DNA from: a virus
Lineage: Duplodnaviria > Heunggongvirae > Uroviricota > Caudoviricetes
IMG/VR virus record: IMGVR_UViG_2667527591_000023
Strand: one strand, 5' to 3'
DNA: 34,158 nt
Shown: one piece after another, positions 26,345 to 34,158 of the stretch
How positions within the stretch are numbered: the first letter of the stretch is position 1
Layout: the number at the start of each line of letters is the position of its first letter
Notes under the pieces: generated by a model
What the model was told of the DNA's origin: nothing
Database searches by the model: none
Seen by the model: only the letters and a program-made list of their open reading frames with translations
Made by a program: the position numbers and the translations under genes

Positions 26345-29300
26345 TAATAACCTGCGCCTGCAGGTCATTCTTAATGCGGTTGACAAACTCACCCGCCCAT
26401 TCCGTGCTGCACAGGCCAGTTCGAAAGAGCTGGCTGGCGCAATTCAGAATACCCGAAACAGCCTCAAAGAACTAAATAAGCAGGCTGGCAGAATTGATGA
26501 ATTTCGCAAGACGCGCTCGCAACTAGCCATAACAGCCAACAACCTGAACGCAGCCCGCGAAGAGGCGGCAAAACTCGCCACACAATTTGCTGCCACTAAC
26601 AGGCCAACCGCCGCGCAGGCAAAGTTATTCAGTCAGGCCAAAACACGAGTACAGGAACTTCAGCAGACCTATAACGGCTTGTTGGGGGCGGTCCAGAGAC
26701 AACGTCAGGCACTTAAAGAATCAGGGATTGATACCAGACAACTCAGTAGTGCCCAGCGAGAACTTAAGAAAAATGCCGAAGAAACTCGTCAGGCACTGGA
26801 GGGCCAGCAAAAAGCACTTAAACGTCTGGGTGAACAACAGGCACGGATGAACGCTGCCAGAGAACAATACTCAAGACGGCTTGAAGTGCGCGATCGCATC
26901 GCAGGAGCCGGAGCCACCACCACGGCTGCAGGGCTGGCAATGGGCGCGCCAGTGATGGCGGCGGTAAAAAGCTATACCAGCATGGAAGATGCCATGAAAG
27001 GTGTGGCAAAGCAGGTCAATGGTCTGCGTGACGATAATGGCAACCGCACTGTGCGTTTTTACGAAATGCAGGATGCCATCAAAGCTGCCAGTGAACAGCT
27101 GCCAATGGAAAACGGTGCTGTGGACTTCGCCGCACTGGTTGAAGGTGGTGCGCGCATGAATGTGGCAAACCCTGACGACAGCTGGGAGGACCAGAAACGT
27201 GACCTGCTGGCCTTCGCCAGTACGGCAGCAAAGGCGGCAACAGCCTTTGAGCTGCCAGCGGATGAACTGTCAGAAAGTCTGGGGAAAATCGCCCAGCTCT
27301 ACAAAATACCAACCCGCAATATTGAACAGCTCGGTGATGCGCTGAACTATCTGGATGATAACGCTATGTCGAAAGGGGCAGACATCATTGATGTCATGCA
27401 ACGCCTGGGCGGTGTGGCTGATCGTCTGGATTATCGTAAAGCGGCGGCGCTGGGTTCCACCTTCCTGACACTGGGGGCTGCGCCGGAGGTCGCTGCCAGT
27501 GCTGCCAACGCGATGGTGCGTGAATTGTCCATTGCCACCATGCAAAGCAAGAGTTTCTTTGAAGGGATGAATCTGCTGAAACTCAATCCTGAAGTGATTG
27601 AAAAGCAGATGACGAAGGATGCGATGGGAACTATCCAGCGTGTGCTGGAGAAGGTGAACGCACTGCCGCAGGACAAGCGTCTGTCTGCCATGACCATGTT
27701 GTTTGGTAAAGAGTTTGGCGATGACGCGGCGAAACTGGCAAACAACCTGCCGGAACTACAGCGCCAGCTAAAACTGACAGCGGGCAATGATGCGCTCGGT
27801 TCCATGCAGAAAGAATCCGACATCAACAAGGACTCACTTTCTGCTCAGTGGTTGCTGGTTAAAACCGGAGCGCAGAATACCTTCAGCAGCCTGGGCGAAA
27901 CGCTGCGCCAGCCGCTGATAGATATTCTGTACACGGTGAAAAGCATCACGGGGGCGTTGCGTCGCTGGGTGGAAGCTAACCCTGAACTGACGGGTACACT
28001 GATGAAAGTAGCCGCGGTTGTGGCTGCGGTTACTGTCGGCCTCGGCACCTTAGCGGTGGCGCTGGCTGCAGTGCTGGGGCCGCTGGCAGTGATCCGTCTG
28101 GGATTCTCTGTGCTGGGTATCAAAACGTTACCTTCCGTTACGGCAGCAGTAACTCGAACCAGCAGCGCGTTGTCCTGGCTGGCTGGCGCACCACTGATAC
28201 TGCTGCGACGCGGGCTTGCTTCATCGGGCAACGCTGCGGGTTTACTTACTGCACCGTTGTCATCTTTGCGCCGCACGGCATCACTGACGGGAAATGTCTT
28301 GAAAACTGTAGCAGGTGCGCCAGTTGCACTTTTGCGGTCTGGATTATCCGGTTTACGTGCTGTTGCTGTGATGTTTATGAATCCTCTGGCGGTACTGCGC
28401 GGTGGACTGGCAGCCGCAGGCGCGGTGCTGCGAGTGCTTGCATCTGGTCCGCTGGCGATGCTGCGCGTTGCCCTGTATGCCATATCTGGTCTGTTAGGTG
28501 CTCTGCTTAGTCCGATAGGTCTTGTGGTTACTGCACTGGCGGGTGTGGCGCTGGTTGTCTGGAAATACTGGCAACCCATCACCGCATTTCTCGGTGGCGT
28601 GGTGGAAGGATTCAAAGCGGCGGCAGGTCCCATCAGTGCAGCGTTTGAACCACTTAAGCCCGTGTTCCAGTGGATTGGCGACAAAGTGCAGGCGCTGTGG
28701 GGCTGGTTTACTGATCTGCTGACGCCTGTTAAGTCGACCTCTGCCGAACTGCAGAGCGCAGCGGCAATGGGGCGACGATTCGGGGAGGCACTGGCGGAAG
28801 GGCTGAATATGGTCATGCATCCGCTGGACTCCCTGAAATCCGGCGTTTCCTGGTTGCTGGATAAACTCGGCATTGTCAGTAAAGAGGCTGCAAAGGCGAA
28901 ACTGCCGGAAAGTGTGACGCGTCAGCAACCTGCGACGGTGAATGCAGACGGTAAAGTGATGATGCCATCGGGTGGTTTTCCGTCATGGGGATATAGCTTT
29001 GCGGGGATGTATGACAGCGGCGGCTATATCCCGCGCGGGCAGTTTGGCATCGTCGGTGAAAACGGGCCGGAAATTGTCAACGGCCCGGCAAACGTGACCA
29101 GCCGGAGAAATACCGCTGCACTGGCTGCGGTTGTTGCCGGAATGATGGGCGTTGCTGCCGCGCCTACAGAGCTTCCACCGTTGCACCCTTTGGCACTTCC
29201 CGCGAAAGGCGGCGAAGCGATGGTGAGTCGTGCAGCCACTGTGCCGCCCATTCAACGGATTGAGGCACCGACGCAGATCATCATTCAGACGCAGCCAGGA

Positions 29301-29414
29301 CAAAGTGCGCAGGATATTGCGCGGGAGGTGGCCCGCCAGCTTGATGAACGTGAACGCAGGCTGAAGGCAAAAGCCAGGAGTAACTACAGCGATCAGGGGG
29401 GATACGACGCATGA
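26337..29414 (+). CDS. T: Tail tape measure protein (P2 gpT family), 1025 aa
   Basis: Size; coiled-coil N-terminus; hydrophobic Ala/Leu/Gly-rich central repeats. Confidence 0.92.
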   Translation: MSDNNLRLQVILNAVDKLTRPFRAAQASSKELAGAIQNTRNSLKELNKQAGRIDEFRKTRSQLAITANNLNAAREEAAKLATQFAATNRPTAAQAKLFSQAKTRVQELQQTYNGLLGAVQRQRQALKESGIDTRQLSSAQRELKKNAEETRQALEGQQKALKRLGEQQARMNAAREQYSRRLEVRDRIAGAGATTTAAGLAMGAPVMAAVKSYTSMEDAMKGVAKQVNGLRDDNGNRTVRFYEMQDAIKAASEQLPMENGAVDFAALVEGGARMNVANPDDSWEDQKRDLLAFASTAAKAATAFELPADELSESLGKIAQLYKIPTRNIEQLGDALNYLDDNAMSKGADIIDVMQRLGGVADRLDYRKAAALGSTFLTLGAAPEVAASAANAMVRELSIATMQSKSFFEGMNLLKLNPEVIEKQMTKDAMGTIQRVLEKVNALPQDKRLSAMTMLFGKEFGDDAAKLANNLPELQRQLKLTAGNDALGSMQKESDINKDSLSAQWLLVKTGAQNTFSSLGETLRQPLIDILYTVKSITGALRRWVEANPELTGTLMKVAAVVAAVTVGLGTLAVALAAVLGPLAVIRLGFSVLGIKTLPSVTAAVTRTSSALSWLAGAPLILLRRGLASSGNAAGLLTAPLSSLRRTASLTGNVLKTVAGAPVALLRSGLSGLRAVAVMFMNPLAVLRGGLAAAGAVLRVLASGPLAMLRVALYAISGLLGALLSPIGLVVTALAGVALVVWKYWQPITAFLGGVVEGFKAAAGPISAAFEPLKPVFQWIGDKVQALWGWFTDLLTPVKSTSAELQSAAAMGRRFGEALAEGLNMVMHPLDSLKSGVSWLLDKLGIVSKEAAKAKLPESVTRQQPATVNADGKVMMPSGGFPSWGYSFAGMYDSGGYIPRGQFGIVGENGPEIVNGPANVTSRRNTAALAAVVAGMMGVAAAPTELPPLHPLALPAKGGEAMVSRAATVPPIQRIEAPTQIIIQTQPGQSAQDIAREVARQLDERERRLKAKARSNYSDQGGYDA

Positions 29415-29896
29415 TGATGGTGCTGGGATTGTACGTGTTTATGCTGCGCACCGTGCCGTATCAGGAGCTGCAGTATCAACGCAGCTGGCGACATGCGGCA
29501 AACAGCCGGGTAAACCGACGTCCGTCCACGCAGTTTCTGGGACCGGACAACGACATGCTGACGCTTTCCGGTGTTCTTATGCCGGAGATAACAGGTGGCA
29601 GGATGTCGTTGCTGGCACTGGAGCAGATGGCAGAACAGGGGAAAGCATGGCCCCTGATTGAAGGCAGCGGCACGATTTATGGCATGTATGTGATTGAGGG
29701 ACTGAATCAGACTAAAACGGAGTTTTTCCGCGATGGTATGCCGCGCCGGATTGAGTTTACCCTGTCGCTCAAACGGGTGGATGAATCCCTGTCCGATATG
29801 TTCGGTGATCTCAGTGCGCAGCTGAATAATCTGCAGGATACGGCAACGTCTGCCTTAAGCGATATCAGTAAAACGGTGGGAGGGCTGCTGTCGTGA
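29411..29896 (+). CDS. U: Tail protein (P2 gpU family)
   Basis: Position and size; ATGA overlap. Confidence 0.88.
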   Translation: MMMVLGLYVFMLRTVPYQELQYQRSWRHAANSRVNRRPSTQFLGPDNDMLTLSGVLMPEITGGRMSLLALEQMAEQGKAWPLIEGSGTIYGMYVIEGLNQTKTEFFRDGMPRRIEFTLSLKRVDESLSDMFGDLSAQLNNLQDTATSALSDISKTVGGLLS

Positions 29897-31017
29897 ATTT
29901 CAGCTCTGAACTGCTTAACAAAGGCAACAAAACTCCCGCATTCAGCATCAGTATTGAGGGGAAGGATATCACCACTGTGCTGGATAACCGCCTGATGAGT
30001 CTGACGTTGACGGACAATCGGGGCTTTGAAGCAGACCAGCTTGATCTGGAGCTGGACGACGCCGACGGAAAAATCGTGCTGCCGCGCCGTGGGGCGGTCA
30101 TCACGCTGGCGCTGGGCTGGAAGGGGCAGCCGCTTTTCCCGAAAGGGGCATTCACGGTGGACGAGATTGAACACACCGGCGCACCGGATCGCCTGACTAT
30201 CCGGGCGCGAAGTGCTGATTTTAGGGAAACGCTGAATACCCGCCGTGAAAAATCGTGGCACAAGACCACTGTCGGGGAAGTGGTGAAGGAAATAGCCGCG
30301 CGTCATAAGCTGAAGATGGCACTGGGTAAAGACCTGTCGGATAAGCCCGTGGAGCATATAGACCAGACTAATGAGAGTGACGGCAGTTTTCTGATGCGGC
30401 TGGCGCGCCAGTACGGTGCCATCGCGTCGGTGAAAAATGGCAATCTGTTATTCATCCGGCAGGGACAGGGCAAAAGCGCCAGCGGTAAACCACTGCCGGT
30501 GATCTCAATCACACGTAAGGACGGCGACAGTCACCGCTTTACCCTGGCAGATCGCGGAGCCTACACGGGCGTAATTGCCAGCTGGTTGCATACCCGCGAA
30601 CCCGCGAAGAAAGAAAGCACCACGGTGAAGCGTAAGCGCAGGACTAAGAAGCAGAAGAAAGAGCCGGAAGCGAAGCAGGGCGATTACCTGGTGGGTACAG
30701 ATGAAAACGTGCTGGTACTTAATCGCACCTATGCCAACCGGAGCAACGCCGAACGGGCGGCGAAAATGCAGTGGGAACGCCTGCAACGCGGCGTTGCGTC
30801 ATTCTCGCTACAACTGGCAGAAGGTCGGGCAGATCTCTACACGGAAATGCCAGTGAAAGTCAGTGGCTTTAAACAGCCGATAGATGATGCGGAATGGACC
30901 ATTACGACTCTGACGCATACTGTCAGCCCGGATAACGGTTTTACGACCAGTTTGGAGCTTGAAGTGAAGATTGATGATTTCGAAATGGAAGGATTCTTCG
31001 CAATGGAGAACTTTTAA
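29893..31017 (+). CDS. D: Tail protein / late control gene D product (P2 gpD family); GTG start
   Basis: Position and size (374 aa). Confidence 0.88.
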   Translation: MNFSSELLNKGNKTPAFSISIEGKDITTVLDNRLMSLTLTDNRGFEADQLDLELDDADGKIVLPRRGAVITLALGWKGQPLFPKGAFTVDEIEHTGAPDRLTIRARSADFRETLNTRREKSWHKTTVGEVVKEIAARHKLKMALGKDLSDKPVEHIDQTNESDGSFLMRLARQYGAIASVKNGNLLFIRQGQGKSASGKPLPVISITRKDGDSHRFTLADRGAYTGVIASWLHTREPAKKESTTVKRKRRTKKQKKEPEAKQGDYLVGTDENVLVLNRTYANRSNAERAAKMQWERLQRGVASFSLQLAEGRADLYTEMPVKVSGFKQPIDDAEWTITTLTHTVSPDNGFTTSLELEVKIDDFEMEGFFAMENF

Positions 31018-31083
31018 GTTTTCAAAATGGAATAATGCGGTATCATTATTGTGAATTTAGCAAAAATGGGGAGAACTCGAAAA

Positions 31084-31302
31084 ATGATGATTTGCCCACT
31101 GTGTGGAAGTGCCGCCCATACTCGCAGCAGTTTTCAGGTATCTTCATTGACCAAAGAGCGTTACAACCAGTGCCAGAACATTAACTGCAGCCATACTTTT
31201 GTTACCCATGAAACTTTTGTTCGTTCGATTGCAACGCCAAAAGAGTCAAATCCGGTTCAGCCGCATCCAATGAAATCAGAACAGGTGGCGCTCTCTCTTT
31301 GA
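31084..31302 (+). CDS. ogr: Late transcription activator, Ogr/Delta zinc-finger family (72 aa)
   Basis: CPLC ... C..C zinc-finger motif (MMICPLCGSAAH...CQNINCSHTF) resembling P2 Ogr. Confidence 0.9.
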   Translation: MMICPLCGSAAHTRSSFQVSSLTKERYNQCQNINCSHTFVTHETFVRSIATPKESNPVQPHPMKSEQVALSL

Positions 31303-31382
31303 CGCTGCCGCCATTTTGTCGCCATCGTTAAAAAACAGTGTTTCTAACATCATGATTTTAAACAGCTTAAATTTCAGGCAAC

Positions 31383-31425
31383 AAAAAACCCATCAACCTT
31401 GAACCGAAATGGCGGGGTTGATGGG
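31383..31425 (-). terminator. Hairpin with U-tract downstream of ybjL (minus strand), possibly shared with the prophage end
   Basis: CCCATCAACC ... GGTTGATGGG inverted repeat preceded on the plus strand by A6. Confidence 0.5.
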
Positions 31426-31538
31426 CTCCACAAAATGGGGACATCAAAGAAAAGCAGTGGCACTAATTAAGACTGATGCCCTGCGGAAAAGTTCTGCGGT
31501 TGTGCAAAAAAAATTTCATTTTCAGGGCAACTTCAGTT

Positions 31539-33224
31539 TTATCCTAATCCTGGCCATACCATGACGATGATTGTCCCTGCCAGCGTCAGCAGGACGTTGG
31601 CGATTGCATAGGTGCCCGCATAGCCCAGCGCCGGGATGTTACTGCGAGCTGTATCACTGATGATCTCCATTGCCGGCGCGCAGGTGCGTGCGCCCATCAT
31701 TGCGCCGAACAACAGTGCGCGGTTCATTCGCAATACATAAGCACCGAACAAGAAACAGATAACCACTGGCACAAGACTGACAATCAATCCGGCAATCAAC
31801 ATCTGACCGCCAATCGCGCCCAGGCCGTTATTAATACCGCTACCGGCGCTCAGACCAACGCCTGCCATAAACACCATTAAGCCGAACTCTTTCACCATGC
31901 TTAATGCACCCTGCGGAATGTAACCGAAGGTCGGGTGGTTAGCGCGCATAAAGCCCAGCATAATTCCGGCGAATAACAACCCGGCAGCGTTCCCCATGCC
32001 GAAACTGAATGTGCTGAACTGGAAGGTGATCATCCCGATCATCAGCCCAATAACAAAGAAGGCGCAGAATGCCAGCAAGTCAGTGACCTGGCTGTGAATC
32101 GAGATAAAGCCGATGCGATCGGCGATGGTTTTTACGCGACGGGCATCGCCGCTGACTTGTAAAACGTCACCTTTGTTAAGCACGACGTTGTCATCTATCG
32201 GCATCTCAATCTGGCTACGAATGACGCGGTTAAGGAAGCAACCGTGATCGGTCAACTTCAGTTGTGCGAGACGTTTGCCCACGGCGTTATGGTTTTTAAC
32301 GACCACTTCTTCAGTGACGATACGCATGTCGAGAAGGTCACGATCGAAAACTTCTTTGCCGTTACGGAAGCTGGGATCGAGTCGTGCGTGGGCGTCGGGA
32401 TAGCCTACCAACGCTATTTCATCGCCCATTTGTAGCACAGCATCACCGTCTGGATTCGCCAGAATCCCGTTACGTCGAATACGTTCAATGTAGCAGCCAG
32501 TTTGTCGATAAATACCCAGTTCACGCAGATTTTTGCCGTCGGTCCAGGCCACCAGCTCCGGGCCGACGCGGTAGGCGCGGATCACCGGTAAATAAACCTT
32601 ACGGTTGGCATCAGTGTCCAGGCCACGTTCGCGGGCGATTTGCTGGGCGCTGGTCTGTAAGTCCTGATGCTGCAATTTCGGCAAGTAACGCGCACCAACA
32701 ATCAAACTCACCAGACCGATTAAATAGGTTAAGGCATACCCGAGGCTCAGATTATCCAGTGCCAGTGAGAGTTGCCTGCTTTCCATGCCGGAATGACGCA
32801 GTGTATCGCCAGCACCGACCAGAACCGGTGTCGACGTCATAGAGCCAGCTAACATACCGGCCGTCAGGCCAATATCCCAGCCAAACAGCTTACCTAACCC
32901 TAAGGCGATCACCAGCGCACTGCCAACCATCACCAGTGCTAACATTAGGTAATTTTTCCCATCGCGAAAAAAAATGGAAAAAAAGTTCGGTCCGGCTTCG
33001 ACCCCGACGCAGAAAATAAACAGCATAAAGCCAAGATTAAGCGCGTCGGTGTTAATGCTGAAATGTTGTTGGCCTAATAACAGCGATACGACTAAAACGC
33101 CAATGGAATTACCCAGTTGGATCGAACCAAGTCGTAATTTCCCGAGACATAGCCCAAGCGCGAGGACCACAAATAATAACAGAATGTAATTCCCATTTAA
33201 CAATTCGGCGACGTTTATATTCAC
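31539..33224 (-). CDS. ybjL: Putative transport protein YbjL (host), 561 aa
   Basis: Multi-TM protein with two central regulatory-type domains; matches E. coli YbjL as I recall it; conserved neighbourhood ybjM/grxA. Confidence 0.9.
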
Positions 33225-33493
33225 GGAGGCTAACTTCTTGTTTACTAGTAAGCTGTTGAAAGAAATGGTAATTTACGATAATGTTTTTTACCAGAATTCA
33301 GGGCGCAGATTCATTCAGCGCACCTAAACGATAGTAAAGTAACAATATATTTTACTAGTGTAATCACATTAGGTATCAACGGCTATATGAATTGCGTTGG
33401 CCTATATTAGCATGGAATGCGAAGCGGCTTTATCTTACTGAACGCCACACTGGCGAAAAATGTGTTCGATAGACGCAGTGTCAGGAGGAACGA

Positions 33494-33871
33494 GTGAAAC
33501 ATAAACAACGTTGGGCGGGGGCAATCTGCTGTTTTGTCCTCTTCATTGTGGTGTGTCTTTTTCTGGCGACGCACATGAAAGGCGCTTTTCGGGCTGCCGG
33601 GCATCCTGAAATCGGTTTGCTATTTTTCATTCTTCCTGGTGCAGTTGCCAGCTTCTTTTCACATCGTAGAGAAGTCCTGAAACCTCTGTTTGGCGCAATG
33701 CTGGCGGCACCCTGTTCGATGCTCATTATGCGGCTGTTTTTTTCACCGACGCGCTCATTCTGGCAAGAGCTGGCATGGTTATTAAGTGCGGTGTTCTGGT
33801 GTGCGCTGGGGGCATTGTGTTTCTTATTTATCAGTAGTTTGTTTAAACCACAGCACAGAAAAAATCAATAA
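33494..33871 (+). CDS. ybjM: Inner membrane protein YbjM (host), GTG start
   Basis: 125-aa hydrophobic protein between ybjL and grxA; AGGAGG RBS. Confidence 0.85.
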   Translation: MKHKQRWAGAICCFVLFIVVCLFLATHMKGAFRAAGHPEIGLLFFILPGAVASFFSHRREVLKPLFGAMLAAPCSMLIMRLFFSPTRSFWQELAWLLSAVFWCALGALCFLFISSLFKPQHRKNQ

Positions 33872-33900
33872 AGCCCTCAACGCGAGGGCTTGTCAGACGA

Positions 33901-34158
33901 TCAGGCGTCCAGATTCTCTTTCACCCATGCAGCAAAATCGGTATAGCCGCCGATATGTTGCTGATCGACAAAAATCTGCGGCACGGTTTCTACGGGTTTA
34001 CCTGCCTTTTGTTGTAGATCTTCTTTAGTGATCCCTTCCGCACGAATATCTACATACTGATACTGGAAATCATCGCGCTCATTGCTCAATTTCTCGGCCA
34101 GATCTTTTGCACGCACACAGTAAGGGCAACCCGGACGACCAAAAATAACGGTTTGCAT
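33901..34158 (-). CDS. grxA: Glutaredoxin 1 (host), 85 aa
   Basis: CPYC active-site motif (GRPGCPYCVRAK); start codon at the window edge. Confidence 0.92.
   Translation of the reverse strand: MQTVIFGRPGCPYCVRAKDLAEKLSNERDDFQYQYVDIRAEGITKEDLQQKAGKPVETVPQIFVDQQHIGGYTDFAAWVKENLDA

Larger units (their letters stand above)
1..31350. mobile_element. P2/186-family prophage, near-complete; left attachment site lies at or before position 1, right end somewhere in 31303..31538
   Basis: Gene order int, CI, apl/cox, CII, A, cos, Q/P, O..D, ogr matches an integrated P2-like genome; host genes ybjL/ybjM/grxA follow. Right boundary not pinpointed. Confidence 0.85.

Noticed and set aside
27845-28873. 342-aa minus-strand ORF inside the tape measure gene
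   Set aside because: Antisense to a confidently identified gene; Ser/Ala/Pro-rich low-complexity translation typical of GC-rich antisense frames.
29707-30357. 216-aa minus-strand ORF overlapping U and D
   Set aside because: Antisense to tightly coupled late genes; no independent support.
31484-31503. Short direct repeat ctgcgg...ctgcgg near ybjL as a candidate att core
   Set aside because: Too short and unsupported without the left junction.
1-34158. CRISPR arrays, tRNA/rRNA genes, IS elements
   Set aside because: No regularly spaced short repeats, no tRNA-like conserved arms and no transposase-like ORFs with terminal inverted repeats were seen on reading the sequence.

Overview
Almost the whole window (about 1..31,350) is a P2/186-family temperate myovirus prophage, with its right junction to an Escherichia-type chromosome (ybjL, ybjM, grxA at 31,539..34,158). 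All calls rest on reading the supplied translations and DNA by eye and on recalled family knowledge; no database search was run. Gene order matches an integrated P2-like genome: integrase and a 186-type CI repressor (minus strand), then an Apl/Cox-like gene, CII, small early genes, a TraR-like zinc finger, an orphan Dam methylase and the gpA-type replication endonuclease. A LexA-box-controlled small-ORF + DinI-like operon, the putative cos region and the late genes follow: P, Q, O, N, M, L, X, lysis cassette, R, S, V, W, J, I, H, tail-fibre assembly, FI, FII, E/E', T, U, D, ogr. The most unusual feature is a 241-aa ORF (9496..10221, minus) wedged between terminase P and portal Q and translationally coupled to both. 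It is a paralogue of only the central ATPase region of gpP; I do not recall any gene between Q and P in P2, so it is the best candidate for an undescribed function. Other notable points are a Gin/Hin-type invertible tail-fibre segment, a possibly frame-split Tum-like SOS module, a pinholin plus P1-Lyz-like SAR endolysin lysis cassette, and an AT-rich moron encoding a small secreted cysteine-rich protein.
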